Assembly (NCBI GenBank): GCA_007129945.1
Contig: SKUN01000087.1
Span: 21,985-85,984, forward strand
DNA from: Bacteroidales bacterium
GTDB taxonomy: Bacteria; Bacteroidota; Bacteroidia; Bacteroidales; UBA7960
Length of the DNA: 64,000 nt
Reading direction: 5' to 3'
A program made the translations under genes and the position numbers. This document shows positions 53,811-63,660 of this stretch, piece by piece (position 1 is the first letter of the stretch; the number at the start of each line of letters is the position of its first letter). Below the pieces are notes generated by a model. That model did no database searches. It worked only from the letters and a program-made list of their open reading frames with translations, and was not told where the DNA came from.

Positions 53811-54692
53811 ATGGCCAGGCAAGAAGAAAAAATCATTGGCAGGCGCTTAAAGTCTTCCTATATTTCCACCGTAGTGAGCATTACCCTGGTACTGTTTGTA
53901 CTGGGGCTGCTCGGCCTTATCATCCTTCAGGCACAAAAGCTGTCCGACCACATGCGTGAAAGCATCGCCGTTTCCCTCTTTATTGAGGAAGATACAGCGG
54001 AAGAGCCCATCAGGCAGCTGCAGCGAAGGCTGGATGATATGCCGGCGGTAAGCCAGACCCGGTTTATTTCCCGCGAGGAAGCGGCGGAAGACCTGATGGA
54101 GGAATTAGGAGAAGATTTCGTGGAATTTCTGGGTTACAACCCGCTGACTGCTTCCATTGTAGTCAACCTTACCGCCAGTTATGCCAACCCTGACAGTTTG
54201 CAGGTATTCGAGGAAAGGCTTTCGGCAGAACCCATCGTCAGCGACATCGATTATCAGCGATCGCTGATACATCTTGTCAATCAGAATGTTAAGCGTATCG
54301 GGGCGGGATTGCTTGTATTCAGCATTCTCCTATTGATGATTGCCTTTGCATTGATCAACAACACCATACGTCTGAGCGTTTTTTCCAGGCGTTTCCTGAT
54401 AAAAAGCATGCAACTGGTGGGCGCCACCCAGGCCTTCATACGGAGGCCATTCATCATTCGCGGTGTATTACAGGGCGTTATAGGGGCAGGCATCACCATC
54501 CTGCTGTTGATCGCCACCCTGTACACAGCCCAGCGGCAAATACCTGAAATGACAGCTTTTTATGACACACGTATGCTGCTCACACTATTTGCCGTGGTAT
54601 TGTTACTCGGGATTGTCATCAGCTGGGTTTCCACCTATTTTGCCGTCAGAAAATACCTGAAAATAAAAACCGACTTTTTATATTTATACTGA
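53811..54692 (+). CDS. ftsX: Cell division protein FtsX-like permease
   Basis: 293 aa. N-terminal TM helix, a periplasmic loop and three C-terminal TM helices. MQLVGAT motif. Confidence 0.82.
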   Translation: MARQEEKIIGRRLKSSYISTVVSITLVLFVLGLLGLIILQAQKLSDHMRESIAVSLFIEEDTAEEPIRQLQRRLDDMPAVSQTRFISREEAAEDLMEELGEDFVEFLGYNPLTASIVVNLTASYANPDSLQVFEERLSAEPIVSDIDYQRSLIHLVNQNVKRIGAGLLVFSILLLMIAFALINNTIRLSVFSRRFLIKSMQLVGATQAFIRRPFIIRGVLQGVIGAGITILLLIATLYTAQRQIPEMTAFYDTRMLLTLFAVVLLLGIVISWVSTYFAVRKYLKIKTDFLYLY

Positions 54693-54988
54693 TGCACAAA
54701 AAACAACAAGGCGACGCCCTACTATTTGACAGGCACAAATACACCTGGCTCATCATCGGTCTTGTGGTAACAGCCTTAGGATTTCTGCTGATGATAGGTG
54801 GAGGAAGCGAAGACCCTTCAGCGTTCAGCGATGCCATTTTCAATTTCAGAAGGCTGACCCTGGCCCCCCTGCTGGTTCTGGCAGGTTACGGGATCCAGAT
54901 CTATGCCATTATGAAGAAAACCACCAACCTGTCGGAAAAAGAAAAGCAGGAAAAGCCCGCCAGGTCAACCCCTTCTAAAAAGAAATAA
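54692..54988 (+). CDS. DUF3098-family small membrane protein
   Basis: 98 aa with 2 TM helices. I recall the position between ftsX and uppP as conserved in Bacteroidota. Confidence 0.6.
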   Translation: MHKKQQGDALLFDRHKYTWLIIGLVVTALGFLLMIGGGSEDPSAFSDAIFNFRRLTLAPLLVLAGYGIQIYAIMKKTTNLSEKEKQEKPARSTPSKKK

Positions 54989-54991
54989 CAG

Positions 54992-55786
54992 ATGAGCTGG
55001 TTTGAAGCACTGGTACTGGGCCTTCTTCAAGGCCTTACTGAGTTTTTGCCCGTCAGCAGCAGCGGGCACCTGGAACTGGGCGGCGCATTATTCGGACTGG
55101 AAGACCCCCATGATTTCTTCACCTTCAACATCATTGTGCACGGAGCCACCTTTTTAAGCGTGGTAGTGGTTTTCTGGCGCGACATTGTCCACCTTGTGGT
55201 GAATTTTTTTCGTTTCCGGTGGAACCCCGAAATGAAATTTACCCTCCTGCTGCTGGCCTCAGCCATCCCCACAGCCATCGTCGGTTTGCTGTTTGAAGAA
55301 CAGATTGAACATATTTTTGAAGGGAGGGTGGCTTTTGTCGGGGTCATGCTGCTCATCACCGCCACCTTGCTGGCTCTTACCCGGTTTGCCCCAAAAAACA
55401 AGAAAAATGTCACCCTGAAGAGTGCCCTGGTGATCGGTCTGGCACAAACCTTAGCCATATTGCCGGGAATCAGCCGCAGCGGAGCAACCATAAGCACTGC
55501 GCTTTATTTTGGCATAGAAAGGGGCCAGGCCGTCCGTTTCTCCTTTTTAATGGTCCTGATCCCGATCTTCGGGGCAAACTTCCTGAAACTACTTCGCATT
55601 TCTGAAGAAGCAGGTGCCGGAGCCATGGATGCCACGCCAATGGTCATCGGAGCCATCACAGCATTTATCGCCGGTGTAATTGCCTGTCGGTGGATGCTCT
55701 CCATTGTCCGCCGCGGCAAAATTGAATATTTCGCCATTTACTGTCTGATTGTCGGCCTCGCCGCAATTATTACAGGCAGCATATAA
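54992..55786 (+). CDS. uppP: Undecaprenyl-diphosphate phosphatase
   Basis: LGLLQGLTEFLPVSSSGHL and PGISRSGATI motifs. Confidence 0.93.
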   Translation: MSWFEALVLGLLQGLTEFLPVSSSGHLELGGALFGLEDPHDFFTFNIIVHGATFLSVVVVFWRDIVHLVVNFFRFRWNPEMKFTLLLLASAIPTAIVGLLFEEQIEHIFEGRVAFVGVMLLITATLLALTRFAPKNKKNVTLKSALVIGLAQTLAILPGISRSGATISTALYFGIERGQAVRFSFLMVLIPIFGANFLKLLRISEEAGAGAMDATPMVIGAITAFIAGVIACRWMLSIVRRGKIEYFAIYCLIVGLAAIITGSI

Positions 55787-55791
55787 ATCCA

Positions 55792-56502
55792 ATGACTACG
55801 ACGGAATCTTTACGCGAACAATTTTTGAGCGGGCATGTGATGCTCGTCGACAAGCCTTTTAAGTGGACCTCCTTTGACGCAGTAAACAAAATCAAGTCAA
55901 TGCTGCGTTACCGGCTCGGACTTAAAAAAATCAAGATCGGGCATGCGGGCACACTGGACCCGCTGGCCACCGGCCTGCTGATTATATGCACCGGGAAAGC
56001 AACCAAACAAATTGAACAGTATCAGGGCCTGGATAAAATTTATACCGGAACCTTCATACTGGGTCAGGTTACCCCCTCTTTCGACCTGGAAACCCTCCCC
56101 GAAAAGAACTTGCCATTCCTCCACCTCACCCCTGAAATGATTGACGAGGCCATGCAACAGCTGAGCGGAGAACAAAAACAGCTGCCCCCCATCTATTCGG
56201 CTAAAAAGATCAAAGGGGAACGGGCCTACCATTACGCAAGGCAGGGGCGGGAAACCGAACTGAAGACCAACGACATCCGGATCAGAAGCTTTGAAGCCAC
56301 CAGGGTAGCCCTTCCCGAAGTCGACTTCACGGTTACCTGCAGTAAAGGGACTTATATCCGATCCCTGGCCAGAGATCTCGGTGACATCCTCGGCTGCGGA
56401 GCCTACTTAAGTGCCCTGAGACGCACACACATCGGCAGTTATTCCGTTGATGATGCCATGGGTATGGAATCGATCATCCGGGAATTTGACCAATTCCGGT
56501 GA
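55792..56502 (+). CDS. truB: tRNA pseudouridine(55) synthase
   Basis: KIGHAGTLDPLATGLL (catalytic Asp) and YSAKKIKGERAY. Confidence 0.92.
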   Translation: MTTTESLREQFLSGHVMLVDKPFKWTSFDAVNKIKSMLRYRLGLKKIKIGHAGTLDPLATGLLIICTGKATKQIEQYQGLDKIYTGTFILGQVTPSFDLETLPEKNLPFLHLTPEMIDEAMQQLSGEQKQLPPIYSAKKIKGERAYHYARQGRETELKTNDIRIRSFEATRVALPEVDFTVTCSKGTYIRSLARDLGDILGCGAYLSALRRTHIGSYSVDDAMGMESIIREFDQFR

Positions 56503-56571
56503 ATAAACCCCTTTTTACCCGAAAAGGTGATTTAAGTGTAAAAAACTGTTGACAAGGGCGTTGTAATTTAT

Positions 56572-56579
56572 TACCTTTG
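56572..56579 (+). promoter_or_regulatory. Candidate -7 box TACCTTTG upstream of queA
   Basis: Matches TAnnTTTG, with TTG 20 nt upstream. It lies 55 nt before the queA ATG. Confidence 0.4.
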
Positions 56580-56633
56580 CACTCCTCGTGAGCGATCCAT
56601 ATACATTTACTGAATTTTTCCAACATCTTATCC

Positions 56634-57689
56634 ATGAAGCTATCTCACTTTAAATTTAACCTTCCGGCTGAGTTAATTGCTGAGAAGCCGGTTCCGAACC
56701 GTGACGAAGCGCGGTTGATGGTTCTCCATAAAAGGTCAGGGAATATTGAGCACAAGTATTTCAAAGATATTCTTGGCTATTTCGACGACGGAGATATCAT
56801 GGTGGTGAACAATACCAAGGTATTTCCCGCCCGCCTCTACGGAACCAAGGAAAAAACCGGGGCACAGATAGAAGTATTCCTGCTCAGGGAGCTCAATCGG
56901 GAAGCCAGGCTTTGGGATGTCCTGGTTGACCCGGCCCGCAAGATCCGTATCGGCAACAAACTTTACTTCGGTGAAGATGACAACCTGGTGGCCGAAGTAA
57001 TTGATAATACCACTTCCAGGGGACGTACACTGCGTTTTTTGTTTGACGGCACCTACGATGAATTCAAGACAACCATTGAATCTCTCGGAGAAACCCCACT
57101 GCCCAAGCAGATCAAACGGCCGGTAGACAAGGACGACAAGGAACGCTATCAGACGGTGTTTGCCAAACGTGAGGGTGCCGTTGCCGCACCCACTGCCGGG
57201 ATGCATTTCAGCCGTGAACTGGTAAAACGCCTGGAGCTGAAAGGCGTAGAGTTCGCGGAAATTACCCTGCATGCCGGGTTGGGCAACTTCAGAAATGTGG
57301 ACGTGGAGGACCTGAGCAAACACAAAATGGACAGCGAAGAGATTCTCATTGAAGAGAAAACCGCCAGTACCGTCAACAAAGCCAAAGACAAAGAACAGAG
57401 GATTTGTGCCATAGGAACCACCACCATGCGCGCCATTGAAACTTCGGTATCCATCAGCGGACACCTGAAGCCATACGAGGGATGGACCAATAAATTTATT
57501 TATCCCCCCTACGAATTCAGTGTGGCCAATGCCATGGTGTCCAATTTTCACCTTCCGCAATCTACCCTTATGATGATGGTAGCTGCATTTGCGGGATTTG
57601 ACCAGCTTATGAATGCGTACAAAGTAGCCATCAAAGAGAAGTACAGGTTTTTTACCTATGGTGATGCCATGCTGATCCTGGATGATTAG
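56634..57689 (+). CDS. queA: S-adenosylmethionine:tRNA ribosyltransferase-isomerase
   Basis: [19 protein letters not shown]...[11 protein letters not shown]...AAPTAGMHF...FFTYGDAML. Confidence 0.95.
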   Translation: MKLSHFKFNLPAELIAEKPVPNRDEARLMVLHKRSGNIEHKYFKDILGYFDDGDIMVVNNTKVFPARLYGTKEKTGAQIEVFLLRELNREARLWDVLVDPARKIRIGNKLYFGEDDNLVAEVIDNTTSRGRTLRFLFDGTYDEFKTTIESLGETPLPKQIKRPVDKDDKERYQTVFAKREGAVAAPTAGMHFSRELVKRLELKGVEFAEITLHAGLGNFRNVDVEDLSKHKMDSEEILIEEKTASTVNKAKDKEQRICAIGTTTMRAIETSVSISGHLKPYEGWTNKFIYPPYEFSVANAMVSNFHLPQSTLMMMVAAFAGFDQLMNAYKVAIKEKYRFFTYGDAMLILDD

Positions 57690-57738
57690 TGCCGTGTCAA
57701 TGCTACTGTGGCTGGCACGACACTAAGTTAAGACGCCC

Positions 57739-58416
57739 ATGGAAAAATACGTATTGATTACAGCCGGGGGCAAAGGGGAGCGAATGCATTCATCTGTTCC
57801 CAAACAGTTGATGAATATTGCAGGAAAGCCCATGTTGCTCCATGTGTTCGAACGCTTTCTGGCCTATTCTGCCAATCTGAAGTTCGTCCTGGTTTTACCT
57901 GAAGCACACCACAGTGAATGGGAAAGTATCTGTCACCGGTACCACCTCACCACCCCACACACTGTGACCGGGAACGGCCCGACCCGCTTTCATTCAGTAA
58001 AAAACGGACTGAAACAAGTCCCCCACAATGTGCTTGTGGCCATCCATGACGGGGCTCGCCCCCTTGTATCGGTGGAAACCATATCCACTGCTTTCTATTT
58101 TGCTGAAAAGATGGGCAATGCCGTGCCCGTAACCGGCATCACTGAATCAGTAAGGATCAAAGACAATGCCCTGAGCACCCCCCTGCCCCGCGATCGGGTC
58201 AAAGTGGTTCAGACCCCGCAGTGCTTCCGATCCACACAAATCAAAAAAGCCTACGATGTCAGTTACCGGGAATCATTTACGGATGATGCCACCGTGCTTG
58301 AAGCATCGGGAGAACGTGCATATCTTACCGAAGGGAATGCAGAGAACATCAAAATCACTTCACCTTCCGATCTGTTGATCGCCGAAGCACTGTTATCAGG
58401 AAACACCCGGGGTTAG
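57739..58416 (+). CDS. ispD: 2-C-methyl-D-erythritol 4-phosphate cytidylyltransferase
   Basis: ITAGGKGERM...PKQL and VAIHDGARP motifs. Confidence 0.9.
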   Translation: MEKYVLITAGGKGERMHSSVPKQLMNIAGKPMLLHVFERFLAYSANLKFVLVLPEAHHSEWESICHRYHLTTPHTVTGNGPTRFHSVKNGLKQVPHNVLVAIHDGARPLVSVETISTAFYFAEKMGNAVPVTGITESVRIKDNALSTPLPRDRVKVVQTPQCFRSTQIKKAYDVSYRESFTDDATVLEASGERAYLTEGNAENIKITSPSDLLIAEALLSGNTRG

Positions 58417-58447
58417 CCCGTAACCGGCTCACCTTGCCGATACCGCC

Positions 58448-59794
58448 TCAATGTAATTTAACCGCCTCCCCTTTCAATGTGGCAGCACTGCAACCGGTGA
58501 TCTTAACCTGCACATAATCCCCGGGGTTAAATCCCTGATCGGGAAACACCACCACTTTATTGTGTGACGTGCGCCCCATCATCATTTGGTCGGAGCGTTT
58601 GGACGGCCCTTCAGTCAGCACTTCCATGGTTTTCCCGACGTCCCTCCGGTTACTCTCAAGCGACAATGCCTGCTGTTTGTCAATGATGGATGTGAGTCGT
58701 TGGGTTTTTACAGCCTCAGGCACATCATCCGCATATTTTTTTGCCGCCAGGGTACCTGGGCGCTCAGAATATTTAAACATGAAGGCAAAATCAAATCCTG
58801 CCTGATCCATCACTTCCAGGGTTTCATTGAACTCCTCCTCTGTTTCCCCGCAAAACCCCGCAATAATGTCTGTGGAAAGACCACATCCGGGCAAAATACG
58901 CTTAATGGCCGCAATTCTCTCCAGATAGTCCTCACGGGTATATTTCCTGTTCATCCTTTTAAGCACCGCAGAGCTGCCGGATTGCAGGGGCAGGTGGATG
59001 GCGTTGCAGATATTCGGGTGGCGTGCCATCTGATGAAGCAACTCATCCGACATATCCTTGGGATGGGAGGTGGCAAACCGGATGCGCAAACGGGGATCTG
59101 CAGCAGCGACCTCTCCAAGTAATTCACTAAAGCCGGTGATTTTCCCGGACTCGCCGTCCGTCCAGCGATAAGAGTTCACATTCTGCCCGAGCAGGGTCAC
59201 TTCACGGAACCCGTCAGCCAACAGCCGGCGGGCTTCAGCCAAAATCGACCGGGGGTCACGGCTGCGCTCCTTACCCCTGGTGAAAGGGACCACACAATAG
59301 GCACAAAAATTCTCGCATCCGCGCATGATGGAAATGAATGCCGATACCCCACCCGGTGTGTACCGGACCGGGCTGATATCCGCATAGGTCTCATCCGCGG
59401 AAAGCATTACGTTGATGGCTTTTTGTCCGGTTTCCGCATCCGCCATCAGTTCGGGCAGTTGACGGTATGCATCCGGCCCGGCCACTAAATCAACACGCAA
59501 CCCCAGTGTCTTTTCCTCCAGCAGGTCTTCTTTCAGCCGCTCAGCCATGCACCCCAGGACCCCTATCAGCAGGCCGGGCCGTCGCTTTCGCAAATGCTGC
59601 AGTGCACGAAGCCGGTTGACCACACGCTGCTCTGCGTTGTCGCGTATGGAGCAGGTATTCAGCAGGATCACATCGGCATTTTCCGGCGCATCGGTTACTT
59701 TTGCATCGTGAGAGGTCATTACTGAAGCCACGATCTCACTGTCAGAAAAATTCATCTGACATCCATATGTCTCGATATATATCTTTTTGCTCAC
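58448..59794 (-). CDS. miaB: tRNA-2-methylthio-N6-dimethylallyladenosine synthase (radical-SAM methylthiotransferase)
   Basis: KIYIETYGCQMN, CENFCAYCVVP (radical SAM) and a C-terminal TRAM domain. GTG 59794 (MSKKIYIETYG) is preferred to the track ATG at 59866. Confidence 0.87.
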   Translation of the reverse strand: MSKKIYIETYGCQMNFSDSEIVASVMTSHDAKVTDAPENADVILLNTCSIRDNAEQRVVNRLRALQHLRKRRPGLLIGVLGCMAERLKEDLLEEKTLGLRVDLVAGPDAYRQLPELMADAETGQKAINVMLSADETYADISPVRYTPGGVSAFISIMRGCENFCAYCVVPFTRGKERSRDPRSILAEARRLLADGFREVTLLGQNVNSYRWTDGESGKITGFSELLGEVAAADPRLRIRFATSHPKDMSDELLHQMARHPNICNAIHLPLQSGSSAVLKRMNRKYTREDYLERIAAIKRILPGCGLSTDIIAGFCGETEEEFNETLEVMDQAGFDFAFMFKYSERPGTLAAKKYADDVPEAVKTQRLTSIIDKQQALSLESNRRDVGKTMEVLTEGPSKRSDQMMMGRTSHNKVVVFPDQGFNPGDYVQVKITGCSAATLKGEAVKLH

Positions 59795-59965
59795 GAGCTG
59801 TATTTCAATGAATAAGAATAGGAAGCAGAAATTTATTTTTGCAAAATTAATCAAAAATAAGGGCATTGTTGTTAAAATAAGTACCGGGGAATTCCGCGCT
59901 CAACAATCCGCCCCGGTGAGGCATTAATTATAATTTGATTACTTTTGGCCCCCAAAACAGCACAT

Positions 59966-62314
59966 ATGACAAAGAACCTCGTAATCGTTGAGTCCCCCGC
60001 CAAAGCCAAAACCATTGAAGGATTCCTGGGAAAAGACTACACTGTCAAGTCAAGTTTCGGCCATGTCCGCGACCTTCCCAAAAGCAAGCTGGGCGTTGAG
60101 ATCGACAAGGATTTTTCCCCGGTTTACGAAATTCCAAAGGACAAAAAAACAGTTGTCACCGACCTGAAGAAGCTGGCCAAAGAGGCTGAGACCGTCTGGC
60201 TGGCAACGGATGAAGACAGGGAGGGGGAAGCCATTTCCTGGCACCTGGCAGAAAGTTTGAAACTCAAGGAAACAGATTATAAACGCATTGTATTTCATGA
60301 AATCACCAAGGGGGCAATCACCAATGCCATCCAGAATCCGCGCACCATTGACCACAACCTGGTCAGCGCACAGCAGGCCCGTCGTATACTCGACAGGCTG
60401 GTGGGATTCGAATTGTCGCCCCTGCTGTGGAAAAAAGTCAAACCCGCCCTGTCTGCCGGCCGTGTTCAGTCGGTGGCCGTCAGGCTGATCGTTGAAAGGG
60501 AGCGGGAGATTCAGCAGTTTGAGTCTAAGGGGAGTTACCGTATAACAGCTGTTTTCAGTGCAGAACACAAAGACCAGATGGTGCCCGTCCGTGCCGAACT
60601 CCCCCATCGTTTCAAAACAAAAGATGAAGCCCTTGCTTTCCTCGAAAAATGCAAAGGCAGCACTTTTTCCATTGAAGGTGTTGATACCAGGCCCGCCAAA
60701 AAATCTCCGGCACCGCCTTTTACCACTTCTACCCTTCAGCAGGAAGCAAGCAGAAAACTGGGATTCTCGGTTGCACGGACCATGACGGTGGCCCAAAAGC
60801 TTTACGAATCAGGTAAGATCACCTATATGCGTACCGACTCGGTAAACCTCTCCGGAACAGCCATGGCCATGGCCCGTGAAGAGATTGAAAAAGCATGGGG
60901 TGAAGACTATGTAAAACTCCGGAAATATTCATCCAAAAGCAAGGGCGCACAGGAAGCGCACGAAGCCATCCGACCCACCTATATAAATGCACACAGGGCA
61001 GGCAATGACGCCTCCGAACAGAAGCTGTACGAGCTGATCTGGAAACGGACTGTTGCATCCCAGATGAGTGACGCCAGGCTGGAAAAAACAACCATCACCA
61101 TCGCCCCCTCAAAAACACAGGAGAAATTCAGTACCACCGGCGAGGTGATCAAGTTTGACGGTTTTCTCAAGGTCTACCTGGAGTCGACTGATGATGAAGA
61201 AGAGGAAGCCGCTGCGGGATTACTGCCACCTGTAAAAGAGGGGCAGCAACTCCCGCTTGAGGAAATGACAGCCATGGAGCGTTTTACAAAACATCCGCCC
61301 CGCTACACCGAGGCCAGCCTCGTAAAAAAACTGGAAGAGCTGGGAATCGGACGGCCCTCCACCTATGCCCCAACCATCAGCACAGTCCAGAAAAGAGCCT
61401 ACGTGGTAAAAGAAAGCCGGGAAGGAGCCAAACGGGCCTACGAGGTCATCACACTGAAAGAAAACTCCATCACTGACCAAAAGAAACAGGAAATCACCGG
61501 GGCCGAAAAAAACAAGTTGTTTCCCACAGATATCGGCATTGTGGTGAATAACTTCCTGATGGAGTATTTTACAGACATTTTGGACTACCATTTCACCGCA
61601 CGGGTGGAAAGAGAGTTTGACGAAGTGGCTGCCGGACAAAAAGAGTGGAACAGCGTGATCAATGAATTTTACTGGCCTTTCCACAAGCAGGTGGAAAACA
61701 CCCTGGAAAAGTCGGAAAAACACAGCGGGCAGCGCCTCCTGGGCAAGGATCCCAAAAGCGGCCGCAACATATATGCACGGATCGGGCGTTTCGGGTCCAT
61801 GGTACAGATCGGAGATGCCGAAGAGGAGGAAAAACCCCGTTTTGCCAGCCTGCAAAACGATCAGACCCTGGAAACCATCACCCTGGAAGAGGCCCTGGAG
61901 TTGTTCAAACTGCCACGCACGGCGGGGGAATACGAAGGGAAAGAGATGGTGGCAGCTGTCGGCCGGTTCGGGCCATATATCAGACATGACGGCAAATTTT
62001 ACTCCATCCCGAAAGAAGAAGACCCCCTGACCATCTCAGCTGAAAAAGCCATTGAGGTCATCGAAGAAAAGCGGGAGAGTGACCGGAAAAAGATCATTAA
62101 AGAATTTGATGAAGAACCTGAAATCCGCATACTGAGAGGACGCTGGGGACCTTATATCTCTTTCAACAAGAAAAATTTCAAAATCCCCAAAGACAAGGAT
62201 CCGGAAAAAATCAGCCTGGAGGAGGCAAGAAAAATCATAGATAGCGGAACCTCTGACAAAAAACCACGTAAAACCAAAAAAACAACCCCTAAGAAAACCC
62301 AAAAGGGGAAATAA
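59966..62314 (+). CDS. topA: DNA topoisomerase I
   Basis: MTKNLVIVESPAKAKTI (Toprim), ATDEDREGEAI, YMRTDS (catalytic Tyr) and a basic C-terminal tail. ATG 59966. Confidence 0.95.
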   Translation: MTKNLVIVESPAKAKTIEGFLGKDYTVKSSFGHVRDLPKSKLGVEIDKDFSPVYEIPKDKKTVVTDLKKLAKEAETVWLATDEDREGEAISWHLAESLKLKETDYKRIVFHEITKGAITNAIQNPRTIDHNLVSAQQARRILDRLVGFELSPLLWKKVKPALSAGRVQSVAVRLIVEREREIQQFESKGSYRITAVFSAEHKDQMVPVRAELPHRFKTKDEALAFLEKCKGSTFSIEGVDTRPAKKSPAPPFTTSTLQQEASRKLGFSVARTMTVAQKLYESGKITYMRTDSVNLSGTAMAMAREEIEKAWGEDYVKLRKYSSKSKGAQEAHEAIRPTYINAHRAGNDASEQKLYELIWKRTVASQMSDARLEKTTITIAPSKTQEKFSTTGEVIKFDGFLKVYLESTDDEEEEAAAGLLPPVKEGQQLPLEEMTAMERFTKHPPRYTEASLVKKLEELGIGRPSTYAPTISTVQKRAYVVKESREGAKRAYEVITLKENSITDQKKQEITGAEKNKLFPTDIGIVVNNFLMEYFTDILDYHFTARVEREFDEVAAGQKEWNSVINEFYWPFHKQVENTLEKSEKHSGQRLLGKDPKSGRNIYARIGRFGSMVQIGDAEEEEKPRFASLQNDQTLETITLEEALELFKLPRTAGEYEGKEMVAAVGRFGPYIRHDGKFYSIPKEEDPLTISAEKAIEVIEEKRESDRKKIIKEFDEEPEIRILRGRWGPYISFNKKNFKIPKDKDPEKISLEEARKIIDSGTSDKKPRKTKKTTPKKTQKGK

Positions 62315-62329
62315 CTTTTTTGGAATTAC

Positions 62330-63517
62330 ATGGAAATTGCTGATTTTTTTGAACCTGTAAGCAAGAGCGAACTGCTGAAAGACAGCCCGCCACACCCCCT
62401 GCTTCTGGGTCGTTCCATCATGACCAACGACGCCCAAACAGGATTTCCTGACCTGGAACGCGCAGACATTGCCATTATCGGGGTCAGGGAAGACCGTCAT
62501 GCCACCGGAAATGAGGGGTGCTCACTTGCCCCCGATTACGTCAGGAAGCATTTATATCGTTTATTCAGAGGGGGAGGCGATCAGAGAATTGCGGACCTCG
62601 GAAACATCAATGCCGGTGACCAGGTCAGTGACACCTATTTCGCCGTGAGGTCAGCGGTGGCGGAACTCCTTAAAAAAAACATCACACCGGTGATCATCGG
62701 AGGAGGTCAGGATATTACCTATGCCAATTACCAGGCCTATGAATCACTCGGGCAGATCATCAACATAGCAGCGGTTGACTCCCGTTTCGACATTGGCCTG
62801 CATAAAGACGAACCACTGAGCAACACGAACTTCCTCAGCACCATTCTGACCCATAAGCCCAATTACCTGTTTAATTTCACCAACCTGGGCTATCAGACGT
62901 ATTTTGTTGACCAGGACGCCATTGAACTGATGGAGCGGCTCTTTTTTGATGTGTACCGGCTGGGCGTGGTTAAAAACAACATGGAAGATACGGAGCCGAT
63001 CGTCCGCAATGCAGATATGTTTAGTTTTGACATATCAAGTATCCGGCAATCCGATGCCCCGGCCAATGCCAATGCTTCCCCCAACGGGTTTTACGGAGAA
63101 GAGGCCTGCCAGATCGTCCGCTATGCCGGATTAAGTGATAAGCTCAGCTCCATTGGCTTTTATGAGATCAACCCGGCATACGATCACGGGGAGCAAACCA
63201 CCCACCTGGTGGCCCAGATGATCTGGTATTTTATCGACGGATACTACAACCGGAAAAAGGACTTTCCGGATAAGCACATCAAAGACTCGGCAGATTTTAT
63301 CAAGTACGTGGTATCCATAAAGGAATTCCAGAATAAGATCAACTTTTACAAAAGCAAGAAAAGTGACCGGTGGTGGATGGAAGTTCCCTGTCCGCCCAAG
63401 CTGCAAAGCAAATATGACAGACAGTTTCTGGTTCCGTGTTCATACAGAGACTACCAGGAAGCCTGCCAGAATGAAATTCCTGAAAAATGGTGGCAGGTTT
63501 ACCAGAAATTCGTATAA
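62330..63517 (+). CDS. Arginase/formiminoglutamase-fold protein with degenerate metal-binding motifs
   Basis: 395 aa with ureohydrolase-like order of motifs. However, it has GGGQDITY for GGDHS, VDSRFD for DAHxD and FDISS for DxD. Confidence 0.65.
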   Translation: MEIADFFEPVSKSELLKDSPPHPLLLGRSIMTNDAQTGFPDLERADIAIIGVREDRHATGNEGCSLAPDYVRKHLYRLFRGGGDQRIADLGNINAGDQVSDTYFAVRSAVAELLKKNITPVIIGGGQDITYANYQAYESLGQIINIAAVDSRFDIGLHKDEPLSNTNFLSTILTHKPNYLFNFTNLGYQTYFVDQDAIELMERLFFDVYRLGVVKNNMEDTEPIVRNADMFSFDISSIRQSDAPANANASPNGFYGEEACQIVRYAGLSDKLSSIGFYEINPAYDHGEQTTHLVAQMIWYFIDGYYNRKKDFPDKHIKDSADFIKYVVSIKEFQNKINFYKSKKSDRWWMEVPCPPKLQSKYDRQFLVPCSYRDYQEACQNEIPEKWWQVYQKFV

Positions 63518-63660
63518 GCCATTGAACCAATGTACGAAGCGGTGCGAAAACATAGACCGGTTAAAAATATTTGTTGTATTTTTGTCTGTTTTTTATAAAG
63601 AATCAATAACCGGACGATTTTTTCGTTCACACAATAACCGATCGCGTAAAGGCAGCATTG

